Below, piece by piece: positions 13,368 through 25,215 of a stretch of 64,000 nt of DNA. Under the pieces are notes generated by a model. That model saw nothing but the letters and a program-made list of their open reading frames with translations, ran no database searches and was not told the DNA's origin. Every line of letters begins with the position of its first letter. Position 1 is the first letter of the stretch. Source of the stretch: Felis catus (taxonomy: Eukaryota); assembly GCF_018350175.1 (NCBI RefSeq), contig NC_058383.1, positions 14,262,001 through 14,326,000 of the forward strand. The letters are read 5' to 3'. The position numbers and the translations under genes were made by a program.

Positions 13368-13563
13368 TTTTTAAAATGCTTATTTATTTACTTTTGAGAG
13401 AGAGAGCTCAAGTAGGGGAGGGGCAGAGAGAGGGAGAGAGAGAATCCCAAGCAGGCTTCACCACAGAGCCTGATACAGGGCTCGAACTCACGAACCGTGA
13501 GATCGTGACCTGAGCTGAAATTAAGAGTCGGACGCTTAACCGACTGAGCCACCCAGGTGCCCC
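13368..13563 (-). mobile_element. Can-SINE (older subfamily)
   Basis: gagaatcccaagcaggc body; TSD ctgtaata(t/a)gtag. Confidence 0.93.
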
Positions 13564-13829
13564 TGTAATAAGTAGCTTTAATTGTTCTTCTCTTGGTAGA
13601 CGTTATCTCATGGACACATAGTTATGTTCTTTCTTGACATCAACTATTCACTTTATCACAAATGGCTCTGAGTTGAATCTCCAGATCTTTCTCTACTCAT
13701 CCGTATACTCGACAGTTTTTAAGACCTCCCTGGTTGTCAGGCACTGGGGTGACTACATCCCTGCCCTTCAGGGGAGTGCCAAGATGTGGCACCGCGGGAG
13801 ATGCCACCCCCCGGGGATAGGTGGGAGGC

Positions 13830-14300
13830 TCTATCTGTCCGTATCCCAGCAGGAAACAGATGGCACACCCAGAAGAGGGATTGAAGAGAGTTTAGCAAAA
13901 TATTTACCAAGTTTCAGAGATCCACAACATTGACAAGGGATGCTGACTCACCTAGGGATCGCCACAGAGGAGAAAGCTGTTGGCCTGCCAAACCCTGCAG
14001 GGGGGGAGAGGAGGGAGCGGTTCACAGAACACAGGGTTAGCTATAACCCCGGGGGTAACCCTAGGACAGGGCTGCCCTGTAGCAACAGCGGCATAGAGAA
14101 AGCAGCCTCTATCCAACCACTGTCCCGTCGGGCGGGAGCTGGGGAGTACGTACCCCAACCTCTCTCTCTTTCCATCCATCGTGTCTGTTGGTGGACTCCG
14201 GCCCAAAGCCATAGGGCAGGGGAATCCCTGATGCTGTCTCTGTCGGTCTGTCTCCCGGGATAGGAAGCAGGGAAAGAGGGTGGACGGTGGATCTGGAGAG
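13830..14300. mobile_element. Probable ERVL-class solo LTR (LTR41/52-like)
   Basis: tcccagcaggaaacagatggcacac...gagagtttagcaaaatatttacc resembles old ERVL LTR termini; family uncertain. Confidence 0.4.
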
Positions 14301-15689
14301 AAACGTGAAAATTATTTGGTAGAAGTGCTAGGGGATGGTTGACCTCAACTGGCTCTTCCTCCCTTTATCTTTAGCTTGACTCTGCAGACTTCAGCTGAAA
14401 TAACTCAGAAGGCAGGGCCCGGAGGAGGGAATGATGAGTCTTCCCAGGCCGAGTGCCAGGCAGCGACTCTATTCCCACCCCTCTGTCCCTCTTTTCTTTT
14501 TCTTCCCTTTGCTCATCGGAACTTCCGTGCCTACAAAACTCACTGTGGTCGGCGGCGGCCGTAACTGTTTCTGGCCAGATCGCAAAGGCACTTTCAGAAG
14601 AGAAGGTTCCCAGATGCACGGAGTCATCCCCCCTTGCTCCAGTGCTCACCTTTCCTGGCTAAGTGAGGACCGACTCGAGCCTTGTCGGTGATCTTGAATT
14701 CTTATTTATCTTTGCCACTGCGTTCCGGGGCCTGCTAAGTAGGCACATGAAAATGCCAGCGAAGATTTTTGCTGCTTTGTTGAACCTTTCTGGCAGATTA
14801 AATTGGGGGGAAAATGGGAGCGCACGGACCACAAAATATATAATTCGTAGTTGTCACACGGCACCGTGAAAAATGATCTTTTTTGAGGCTGCTAAGTGGG
14901 TGCCTTTCACAATGGGAGAAATAAAGCCACAGAAAGGGGGGAAAAAGACTTCACCGGGAAGTGTCGTTCCCTTTGTGTTCTTGGTGGGATTAACATGCAT
15001 TCCTAGGCTTAATTCCTGTGCCATTTCAAAAATGAATTCCTTCCCTGGCCCTTCTGCCTGTTTGGGAAAGGCTGGCCATGGACGATGCGGGGCAAACACA
15101 GCTGGGATGCATTTTAGCTCGGAGGTGGCATTTAATGGACAAAAGAAATGCTTTATCATCAGGGGAAGAAAAAGATGCGCTAACCAAACCACCCGGATGA
15201 CGTACGAGGAAGAATCAGATGTTTTCCATTGAAGCTGCTCGGTTAGATTGAAGGTCAGTCGTGCCCCATTCCGGTCATCTCCCTCCTTGACCCTTGGGCT
15301 CCGTGCTGGCAGGAAAAGCCACGAAAGGCCGAGCTGGTGGCCTAGTGAGAAGAAGGGAAAATCCGGGGTGAATGGGCAAAAGTGCACAAAACAAGGAGGG
15401 AAAAAAAAACTCCCCTGAAGTAGTCCCTTCATCATCTTTTTTATCATGCATGACGTCATCCGTTATCTACATCACGTATACGTCAGGTAATAATTCCGTA
15501 ATGAATACTAGTCGCTTCCCAGTGGGGCGTTACCAGGCCCTCTGAGACCCTTTGTGTGCGTTACCCAGTGAGGACCCCGTCTCTTTTTGGCGGTTGTTTC
15601 TAGTTTCACGAAATAAGTTTACAGCTTCGAACTGTGTTTTGATTAGCTTTTGAAACCTTGGAATTCCATGCGTTTTTAAAATTTATTTT

Positions 15690-15900
15690 TAATTCTCATT
15701 TTTTTTTTAACATTTATTTACTTCTGAGAGAGAGAGAGAGCATGGTTAGGAAGGGCAGAGAGAGAGGGAGACAGAGGATCCGAAGCAGGCTCCTCTCTGT
15801 GAGCACAGAGCCGATGCGGGGACTCAAACTCACGAACCATGAGACCAATGACCCAAAGCTGCTGTCGGACGCTCAACTGACGGAGCCACCCGGGAGCCCC
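15690..15900 (-). mobile_element. Can-SINE
   Basis: T-tail, (GA)n, degenerate head gagccacccgggagcccc. Confidence 0.92.
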
Positions 15901-16989
15901 CATAGGCATTTTTCATGTTTGCTTTTCACTTGCTTTTCACTGAGTGTCTGAGATTCATCTATTTATCCGTGCATTTTCATAGCTGTACGGTATTCCTTTT
16001 AATGAGTTCCTGCCATTACTTTGTCACCATCATGCTTTCCCATGGTGGGTTGTTTCTTCCCAAAGAATTTCCTGGATGGAACATTCGTGTGTGTGTGTGT
16101 GTGTTGGAGGCTCCATTACTTAGGAAGGTCAAATAATTAATCCTTCAGATATTCCATTTGTTCACCTGTCAAGGGATCCTGGTAACACCAACCTTGCCTG
16201 GTTAATGCAGAAATGGAGGTAAAACCATCGCAAATATTAAAGTCAAAGCAGTGATCATTAATAGGTGGAGGGAGGGTGGTCGAATGGATCTATGGAGACA
16301 AGCAAGCAGTTTAACGATGCAGTTCGTACTGGGATCTTTCTCCATTCCATTAAGTCTGGGTTCCTTGAAGTCTTGAACTTGGAGTGTACCTTCAGTGAGG
16401 GAGCATATAGAGTGGTGAAGACAGAAGTTTTGAAGGATGCAATTCCTCCTCTAGATATCGTGAAGTTCCTGAGCATCATCTGTCTTTCTCCTTCTTGCTG
16501 CTTGATAGCTGCCCCCAGCCTTTCCCCCCCGCCCCCCGCCCTCTGTCGCGACTGTGGGTCCTATCATGCTGGTGGCTTCCAGGTTCATATCTTGGGTTTG
16601 TCTGCCACCTGAACTTCCCTGGTCCTATGTTTCAGCTCCACACGGGACATCTGAGTCTATCTGGATGTCCCTCGGGTGCCCCAGAGACCACAAACGCAGT
16701 ACGGGGCTCATCTTTGTGAGTGGTGTTACCGCCCGGTTCCTGCACCGGAAGCCGGGCTCACTCACTCCTTCCCACACTTTCCCCCGCTAACACTTGCTGT
16801 CTCCTGCCCTGTGATGGGATCTCTTAAATATCTCCCAAATCTTTCCTCTCCTTTTGATCGCTGTCACCACTGCCGTAAAACGAGGTCCCTGGCGTCTCTT
16901 GTCTGCTGGAACTGGTCTCCTTCTTTGTCGCAGAGGCCGGGTTTTGCCTTCCTTTGGATCTCTAACTATATGCAGAAGCCCAGTCTGCC

Positions 16990-17170
16990 TTCCATTACCA
17001 ACTATGGAACTTTGACAAAGTTCCTACATTCTCAGACTCAGTGACCTCCTTTGTCAAACAGAGATCTAAATAATACCTTCCTCATGCAGTTGTCTAGAGA
17101 TTGTGGTACAGTACATGTAAAAGCACTTAGCAGGGCGCCCAGCACGCGGAAAATGCCCCTCTGTCCATGG
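16990..17170 (+). mobile_element. MIR
   Basis: ctcagtgacctcctttgtcaaacagag...catgtaaaagcacttagcagggcgcccagcac. Confidence 0.7.
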
Positions 17171-17530
17171 TAGCTGCCTCTACTGCTCGTGACTGGGGTC
17201 TGTCCTTGTGCGATCCACCTTCTAGGAGAAGTTTGTAAGTTATGCCTTAGTCTTGTTACTTTGCTTTTCTATGCTTTAGGCCCCGTCACTTATAGATAAG
17301 AATCTAACCTCAAGGGAATAAAGGGCACAAAATGACTTTTGTGGGCTCTAGGTGCTTTGGCCTTCGTGATTTCTTCCTCCATTAAAGATGGTATCAGAAA
17401 TTCTATTTTATAACTATGTTGTTTTGATTTTAAAAGAAATTTAAACATTTTCCTGGGCCCCTAAAAGTGACTCTAGGCTCTGTGTCTACTGTGATGAATA
17501 GATAAATCTTCTGTGAAGGGTACATGTGCC

Positions 17531-17561
<31 letters not shown>

Positions 17562-17565
17562 AATC

Positions 17566-17604
<39 letters not shown>

Positions 17605-17817
17605 CATCCATTTATCCATCCATTCATCCATCCATCTATCCATCTATCTATCCATCCATCCATTCATCCATCCGTCTATCTATCTATCTATCTATCCATC
17701 TATCCGTCCATCTATCTATCTATCTATCTATCTATCCATCTATCTATCTGTCTCTCAGTTGACTGAGTGATTGATCAATCGATCCATCCATCCATCCATC
17801 CATCCATTATCTATCCT
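17531..17817. repeat. Compound (TCTA)n/(TCCA)n tetranucleotide microsatellite (GATA/GGAT on the - strand)
   Basis: Directly visible, about 290 bp. Confidence 0.97.
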
Positions 17818-17839
17818 GATCTAGTCTTGCTGAAGTTAC

Positions 17840-17995
17840 TCCCCCCACCTTTTCTTTTCTTTTAGTTTTTCCCTTTCCCCTCCCTCTGCCACTCTCTCCC
17901 CCTCTTCCCTTTCTTCCTTCCTTCCTCTTTCCCTCCTTTCCTCTCTCCATGCCTCCCTTCCACTTTTTCCTTCCTTCCTTGCTGTCTTTCTTTTG
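17840..17995. repeat. Polypyrimidine low-complexity tract
   Basis: Nearly pure C/T on the + strand. Confidence 0.85.
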
Positions 17996-18175
17996 TGTGC
18001 GTGCAGTCATTTATTTCTGTTCTTTGGTTTATTATTGCTTTCTTTGGGTTGCCTCTATTTTCCTAACTCCTCAGGTTAGATGCTTACCACATTAATTATC
18101 AGTCTACCCCCCCCCAATATATGCATTTAAGGTTATATAGTTCTTTCCAAGTATTGCTTTAGCACTGTCCTACAA

Positions 18176-18399
18176 GTTTTTTAAAATATTTTTTAATGTT
18201 TATTTATTTTTGAGAGAGACAAACAGAGTGTGAGTGGGGAAGGAGCAGAGAGAGAGAGAGGGAGACACAGAATCCGAAGCAGGCTCCGGGCTCTGAGCAG
18301 TCAGCACAGAGCTGACACAGGGCTCAAACTCAAGAACCGCGAGATCGTGACCTGAGCCGAAGTCGGACGCTCAACCGACTGAACCACCCAGGTGTCCCC
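18176..18399 (-). mobile_element. Can-SINE
   Basis: Typical reverse-complement Can-SINE. Confidence 0.93.
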
Positions 18400-18419
18400 G
18401 GTTGTTTTTTGATATTCAT

Positions 18420-18780
18420 TGCATTAGTTTCGTGACGTTGCTATAACAAGTGACTGCAATCTCGGTGGTCTAAAAACCACAGAAATTTCCTCTCTCATAC
18501 TCTTGGAGGCTAGAAGTTTGATATCAAGGTGTTGGCCAGCCCTCTGAATCCTTCTTTGCTTCTTCCTAGCTTCTGGGAGTTGCTAGCAATCCTTGACATT
18601 CCCTGGCTTACATTTGCATCCTCCAATATCTGCATCTTTTGTCAGATGGCCTTCTTCCTTCTGTGTCTGTATCTCTCTTCTCTTGAGGCTACCAGGGGTC
18701 TTAGTGTGTTGACACATGCAGTGTCCCTATTTCCAAATAAAGTCACATTCACAGTTCAGGGGTCCACTACTCAACCCGGC
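18420..18780 (-). mobile_element. MaLR LTR (MLT1C/D-like)
   Basis: gcattagtttc...gctataacaag...ggaggctagaagtttgatatcaaggtgttggc...ccctatttccaaataaagtcacattc. Confidence 0.75.
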
Positions 18781-18984
18781 ACCTCCATAGTTAAAAATGA
18801 TGAAACGTTTAAGGCGTACAAAAGGTCTCATATCCCGTGCGGGTTAGAGCTCTACAAGACATCTTTAGTTAGGGAGCAGTCCATCCTTCTCTCGATCTCA
18901 GCAGGTACAGCCTCAGCTCTGATTGTGACTTACCTCCGGGAGTTTGCTTTTCTTTCCTGCAAGCTCAGCGATGCATCTACAATA

Positions 18985-19206
18985 TTCTTTAAATTTTGTT
19001 TTCACGTTTTATTTCTTTTTGAGAGAGACAGAGACAGAGTGTGAGTGGGGGAGGGGCAGAGAGAGAGGGAGACACAGACTCCGAAGCAGGCTCCAGGCTC
19101 CGAGCTGTCAGCACAGAGCCCGACGCAGGGCTCGAACTCGCGAATCGTGAGATCATGACCTGAGCTGAAGTTGGATGCCTAACCGACAGAGCCACCCAGG
19201 CGCCCC
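18985..19206 (-). mobile_element. Can-SINE
   Basis: TSD catcta(c/a)aatattctt on both sides. Confidence 0.95.
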
Positions 19207-19329
19207 ACATCTAAAATATTCTTAAAAGGGTTTTATTCGGCATTTCTAGGTATATTACGGGAGACTTTTCATGCTGTTTTAGCCTTCCATCTTGTTGGAA
19301 ACAGAATCGCTTATCACAGAGTGGGTTTT

Positions 19330-19960
19330 CTCTTATAGCTTTATTGAGATATTTTTCGCATACCATATCCTTCATCCACTTAAAGGGGTACAGTTTTGTG
19401 GCTTCTAGTATATTCTCAAGTGTACGCAAATATCACCACAATCTAACTCCAGAACATCATCCCCACCCAAAAAGACAGCCCACGTACCTTAGCAGTCACT
19501 CCCCGTTGCCTACTGCAACGCCCTTAGCCTGAAACAGATACTTACCTACTTTCTGTCTCTGGGGATTTGCCTGTTCTGTACATTTCATATGAACAGAATC
19601 ATACCTACATAGGTCGTTCCTGACCAGCGTTGTTTACTTGGCATAATGTTTTCAAAGTTCATCCGTGTTGTAGTGTGCATCGCTATAGCCTTCCTTTTTT
19701 ATTGCTTAATAGTATCTCATGGTGTGGTTCTGCATTTTGGGTGTTCATGCATCAGTCGATAGACATGGGGACAGACATAGGGGAATAATGCCCCTACGAA
19801 CATTTCCGTCCAAGTTTTTGCGTGGGCGGATCTTTCCATTTTTCTTCGGTCCGTACCCAGGAATTGCTGGGTCACGTGGTCAAATGATGCTTTAGCGTTT
19901 TGAAGAACTGCCCGACCAGTTTCCAAAGTAGCTGTGCCACCTCACATCCCTACTAGGAAT
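19330..19960 (-). mobile_element. Old L1 3' end (L1MA/MB-like)
   Basis: ctttattgagata...ctactttctgtctct...ttcaaagttcatccgtgttgtag...gaattgctgggtca...ttttccaaagtagctg. Confidence 0.8.
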
Positions 19961-20546
19961 GTTCTACGATGAGTGAGATTTAAACCCAGCACAGGTGTTC
20001 GTACTTGACGTGGGAGGCATTCTTAGAGATTTTCGAACATTGTGAAGGTGAGGTTATCGGAACGTTAGTGGCACACAGATGGTGGGTGGAATGAGAATTC
20101 AAAGATCGGGAAGTCCATGGGAAGTGTTGGAATGATCTAGTTCTCTGTTGATGGCCCCTCTGTTGGGATGATGGCAGGCAGGAAAGATGTCAGGGTGCCT
20201 GGAGGTCATAGTGGACAGTGGAAAGGATTCTCAGGTAGAAAAATGATGTTCACCTGCGACCACGTCTGAGATGCTTGCTCGACCCCTGCTTTTTGATCTT
20301 GATCTCACAGAAAATACATTTCTGTTTTCAGAGAAGCAGGAAAGTCTTGCCATTACGCGACGGAGCCCCGTTCTGTGACCGGAGCAGATTTGTTGGCCTT
20401 TGACTGGTCTGGGGATGCCTTCCTGGGAGGTTCAAATCCTCCTCAGCTTTATGGGCCGCCCATCATGAAAGCTGAGGGCACGGTTGACCTCTCTCCTCTG
20501 TGCTCTTCCTGCCAGAGGCAGCAATGGGATTCTTACGGATAAAGTG

Positions 20547-20578
<32 letters not shown>

Positions 20579-20584
20579 GTGTGC
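20547..20584. repeat. (GT)n microsatellite with alternating purine-pyrimidine extension
   Basis: Directly visible. Confidence 0.93.
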
Positions 20585-21406
20585 GCACGCATGCCCGCGA
20601 GCATGCCTGAGTGTATGCTGAGTGGCTTGAATATTTGAAATGGCAAAAGGGAACGAAAGCTCTTAACAACAAAAGTTTTCTAGGCCTGAAGTAAAATCTC
20701 CCGTAACTCTTGGATTTCGAAATTGCCCATCAAGCTGTTTATCGTATAATGGAACAGTAGGTATAAAGCTGCCACCATTCTGGGAACTTCCAATTGCTCA
20801 GTGAGGCTTGTTACAGAGGCCTCCTACTCTGCTTGGCACAGTTATCACCCTTATGGGGTTTTTCTGTCTATGATTTGTTCTCAAACATTCTGTATTTCCT
20901 TTTGCCATTTAGATGAAATTTAAATAAAACCATTAGGTAAAGAACTGTGTCAGGTTGTTACACACTTTAAACTCATGATAAAATCAATCTGTATGTCATT
21001 CTCTGTTCAAATGAAGCAAAAACACCTGCGGGGTTGGCCGTTCCCTGTTACTGGCTGTTCTCATTCTGTGTTGTACGCGTATCTCGTGGAATATGGAGCC
21101 TTGTAATTGCCCCACAGAGAAAGGAAAGCCGGCCTGGCTGAGCCTCGGTTCTGTCCCATTGTGTGTGTCCTTCTTGGTCTGCGTTGCTCCCAGTTTAGTT
21201 GATCTCTTCCCTTTTGTAGACCTCCATCCAGTCTGTTCCCCAAAGGAGGGAGAGGCTTCTTCTTGGGAATTAGACTCAACCCCAGAACTCTCAATATGAA
21301 TGCGTTCAGGGCACAGTCCTGGATTGATAAATTGGGGACGTAAATTTCTCTGTGACAGGTAATGGTAGAATTTCCATCAAAGCCATAGCTCAGTTTGAGT
21401 GATGTG

Positions 21407-21454
21407 TCCTGATGTGGTGGTTTTCAAATAATTCTTTTTCCCTCCTTTTTCTAG
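21407..21454 (+). promoter_or_regulatory. 3' splice site: candidate branch point, polypyrimidine tract and AG
   Basis: CTGAT at 21409-21413 (candidate branch point), then ttctttttccctcctttttctag ending at 21454. Confidence 0.8.
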
Positions 21455-21638
21455 GCTTATCCAAATCCCTTGGGCTCATCGAAGGTTATGGTGGACGGGG
21501 CAAAGGGGGCCTTCCCGCTACCCTTTCCCCGGCCGAAGAAGAAAAAGCCAAGGGACCCCATGAGAAGTATGGCTACAATTCCTACCTCAGTGAAAAAATT
21601 TCACTGGATCGTTCCATTCCGGATTATCGTCCCACCAA
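21455..21638 (+). CDS. GALNT17: GALNT17 (WBSCR17) internal coding exon 2, 184 nt; stem region leading into the catalytic domain
   Basis: Translates (G)LSKSLGLIEGYGGRGKGGLPATLSPAEEEKAKGPHEKYGYNSYLSEKISLDRSIPDYRPT(K), matching my recollection of mammalian GALNT17; includes the GalNAc-T family motif N..LSEKISLDRSIPDYR. Bounded by a pyrimidine tract + TAG (AG 21453-21454) and AA|GTAAGT (21639-21644); phase-1 start, phase-2 end. Confidence 0.95.
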
Positions 21639-21854
21639 GTAAGTTCTGGTTGGGTCATTCAGAGCAACTTGCCACGTCATAGGGTTGGGTGTAGACCCGA
21701 GTCTGTGACATGTTCTCATGTTGTTTGTAACTAGCAAAGGAGCTTTGATCTCACTCAGTCTCCTTCACAATCAACAGACCAAGTACTGTTGACCATGAAA
21801 TATGATCTAAAGTATTTACATTAAAAAAAATAATTTATAATTATTGTTTGCTTA

Positions 21855-22045
21855 CTTTTTTTTTTTAATGTTTATTTTTGAGAGAGAGAGAGTGAGGACA
21901 GGTGGGAGGGGGTGGGGGCGGGAGACAGAGGATCCAAAGCGAGCTCCGCACCGACAGCAGAGGGCCCGATGATCTCGTGAACCTCAAGATTGTGACCTGA
22001 GTTGAAGTCAGATGCTTAACCAACTGAGCCACCCGGGTGCCCCCA
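21855..22045 (-). mobile_element. Can-SINE with internal deletion
   Basis: Body lacks the gggctcgaac B-box segment; TSD approximately aaagtattta. Confidence 0.88.
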
Positions 22046-24330
22046 ATAAAGTATTTAAATTTTTATAAAAGGAACCGAGAAACATATAGGAAGGTCCTCA
22101 ACCTTAAAACCTTAAGTTTTAAGTAAAAAAAATCGCCATGATTTCTACCTAGAGACTGCAATTTGTCCAATGTTAGTATATTGCCTTTGAGTCTGCCTTC
22201 TATACAGATTTATGATTATGTGATATATTGTTTGTGTCCTTTTTTCACTTAATATTATTTCATGAGCACTCTCTGATGTTATTAATTATGCTTCATTATG
22301 GTCATCATTATTTCCATTTTTGGAAATTTGGTTTATTGTCAGTTTTCCATAAATACCAGTTTCATAAATAACAATTTGATGGATGTTTGCGCACTCAAAT
22401 CTTTATGTGTCGTGATTTGGTGTTTATTTTCTCAATCCACGCTTCTTCAAAGTATAAGCATATCATAGGACTACGTTTGGAGACTGGTGATACATTTTGG
22501 GATCTTGTCCTCTAGAAAGTTTATGGCAATCCTCACTCCAGTTGGAATAGTACCCGTCCCTTCCTAGACTGGGTACTCGCCTTTCAAAGACGCTTTGCCA
22601 AGCTGATGGGTGAGAAAGTATGTTCCATGATTGTTTCAACTTCTACTGTTTTGATTGAGTCTTACCTTTTAAACAAGTGGTTTGCATCTTGATTGTCCCT
22701 TGAAAGGCCTTTGTTCTGCGGGCTCAGATTCAGGAATCATTTGTTTTCTCCTTGGGAGATGGAGAAGAGGGGTTGGTCATAGAATCGAGATGCTGGAGGC
22801 AGGCGTCCACGCTGGCTTAACGGGTTCTTTGTTTTCTGTTAGATTTGTAGTGTCTCCTTTTTCCCATTTAGAGTGTGCCCTTGCTTAGAGTAGATTATTC
22901 CTTTTTCAAATGGATTTTGTACAAATCAGTTAAGTATCCTGGTTACTGAGAGAAATAGATTCAAGATAAAGAAAATTATCTTAAATGGATTTAAAATTGC
23001 AGCATTAGCCGAGAAGCCTGTTAAATCTCTCTCTCTCTGCCTAATAAACATATATTCATTTTGAATCGCTAAGAAAACATACATCACCCCTGTTGGAAGC
23101 TATTTTGTGTTCCTGGACTTTTGCTCTCAAACACATCTGGCTGTTTTCATTTCCTGGTGCTCTCTGATTAGCCTTTCTTATTTGGATGTTGGCAAATAAA
23201 CAGAGCGATGGGGGTTGTTGTTTTTTTTTTCCACTCCTTTGGAAATGAAAATGTTTCCAATGTGGAGCTTGCTGGAAGTGGGTCAGTTGAACAGATATTA
23301 GTGAGCACCTATTATGTGCCAGATGGTTTTCCCCATATTAGAGACAGAATAGCGGCAAAGACACAGTCCTTGCCTACTTACTTCTTCTCTGGGGATGGAG
23401 GCAAACTTGTAGGCAGATTGATTTGGCACATTGTGGTCTGTGTGGTGTGTGTCACGCCAGCGACGTACACAGCGTGATGCCTGAACTTCATCTCAACCCT
23501 TTCACCCCATGAAGGGTCAAAGGGAGAAAGATACGGATGGACCAGGCACCGGAACAACAACAGAATTGGGGGCACAAAGAAAAACATGGCGAGCTCGGTG
23601 GGGGGGGGGGGGACGCGTAGCTCAATCGCGCTCTGTTAACTTAGCATGGTGTTTTGAACATACGACCTGCATCTGGCCCCTCCTGGAACTTTATTTACTA
23701 AGATGATCGGAAAGAACTGGAGAGGATGGTAATCTACAAGGGACAACAGAACATGTTAGGGGATGACGTCAAGGAAGAAACACCTACACAATTTCGGAAG
23801 ATCCAAAGAGGAGGGGTGAGTGGTCACTGACAGAAAACTGGATGAGGCTGGGACCCCGCCTCCTGCATATGGTGCGGTGGGGTGGGAAGAGCTGAAGAAT
23901 GCAGCCCAGTCACATCTCAGAACCCCAGAGACTCAGGCTTTGGAGGCCCTGGGTACTTCTGATGGCTGGGAGGTAGATTGGAAAACGGGGATTGAAGCTG
24001 TATCCCCAGATTCTTTCCCCCACACCACACAGCCAGGTTCTGCCCTTCCCTGCCTGGAAGAATATGGGAGATCTACTCTCCAGAAAAGGTGAACTCTGGG
24101 CTTGAACTCATAAGATATAGACTAGGACAGAGGATAGAGCCACATACCATTTAGGGACGCCCTCAGCATCATTAATTGCCCCCCGCAGACTTTCACACCC
24201 CTGTAAATGAGTACAGTTTGAAGCATCTATTCTCAGGAAACCAGGCTAAGAAACAGGCTGACCGATACGATAGTTGGCTCCCGTCCCCAAGTTTCTGAGT
24301 TCAGCTCAATTTTAAAAAAAAAAAAAAATA

Positions 24331-24540
24331 TTTAATGTTTATTTATTTTTGAGAAAGAGAGACACAGAGCACAAGCAGGGGAGGGGCAGAGAGAGAGAGA
24401 GAGAGACACGGAATGTGAAGCAGGCTCCAGGCTCTGAGCTGTCAGCACAGAGCCCCATATGGGGCTCGAACCCAGGAGCTGTGAGATCATGAGCTGACCT
24501 GACATAAGGCACTTAACCGACTGAGCCACCCAGGCGCCCC
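24331..24540 (-). mobile_element. Can-SINE
   Basis: TSD gagttcagctca at 24297 and 24542. Confidence 0.95.
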
Positions 24541-24987
24541 AGAGTTCAGCTCACTTAGTAGTAAAGCGTGCTTGTTGTAAAGCTCCATTTGTCTACACGT
24601 AGCTGTCTTAGTCTGAAATAAGAAAGGAGAGCCAGGATCCCTGGACGTCTCTGGAGAGTCTCTGTTACAAAAGGCCTTAACAACAGCAACAACAATAGAA
24701 AAGGCGTCTGGAAGAGGAAGAGACTATAAACTTGAAAACTCGAATTGGTGGCTTAAATCATGGAATGTCTTGTTTTATTCACGGAACAAGACCTAGTCCT
24801 ATGGTAAAGTAATAATTGGAGAATAACAGAGAAGCCTGGGAAGTTAAAAATAAGGTGGAAATAAATAATTCACTAAAAGAGTGGAAGATAGCATTGAGAG
24901 AAACTTCTGGCAGACCAGCCGGTTAGACATTAAATAATAGGAATATTGGAAAGAGAACAGAGAAAACAGAAGACAATGGTCAGATTA

Positions 24988-25215
24988 GGGGTGCCTGGGT
25001 GGCTCAGTCAGTGAAGCATCTGACTTCAGCTCAGGTCATGATCTCACAGTTCATGAGTTCGAGCCCCGCATCAGGCTCCATGCTGACAGCTCAGAGCCTG
25101 GAGCCTGCTTGGAATTCTGTGTCTCCCTCTCTCTCTGCCCTTCCCCCCACTCATGCTCTTCTCTCCCTCCCTCCCTCTCTCTCTCTCTCTCTCTCAAACA
25201 TAAACATTAAAAAAA
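24988..25215 (+). mobile_element. Can-SINE
   Basis: TSD agaaga(c/a)aatggtcagatta. Confidence 0.95.

Larger units (their letters stand above)
1..21454 (+). other. GALNT17: GALNT17 intron 1 (3' part)
   Basis: Upstream of the exon-2 acceptor; no exon-1 coding sequence or promoter-scale CpG island seen in the window. Confidence 0.8.

Noticed and set aside
14854..15459. 201-aa - strand ORF (longest non-L1 ORF)
   Set aside because: No recognisable domain, biased composition, no supporting gene structure; an ORF of this size can arise by chance in 64 kb x 6 frames.
17513..17770. ORFs with IYLS/IHPS repeats; possible array-like structure
   Set aside because: Translation of a tetranucleotide microsatellite; no repeat-spacer organisation. 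No CRISPR-like array seen anywhere in the window.
18529..19044. 171-aa hydrophobic ORF
   Set aside because: Runs through an MLT1 LTR and a SINE tail; spurious.
4589..21394. Identical 14-mer agccatagctcagt at 4589 and 21381
   Set aside because: Several 14-mer matches are expected by chance among all position pairs in 64 kb; the match does not extend.
21412..21454. N-terminal part of the supplied ORF 21412..21642 (MWWFSNNSFSLLFL)
   Set aside because: It is the intronic polypyrimidine tract; the real exon starts at 21455 and the stop codon lies within the splice donor.
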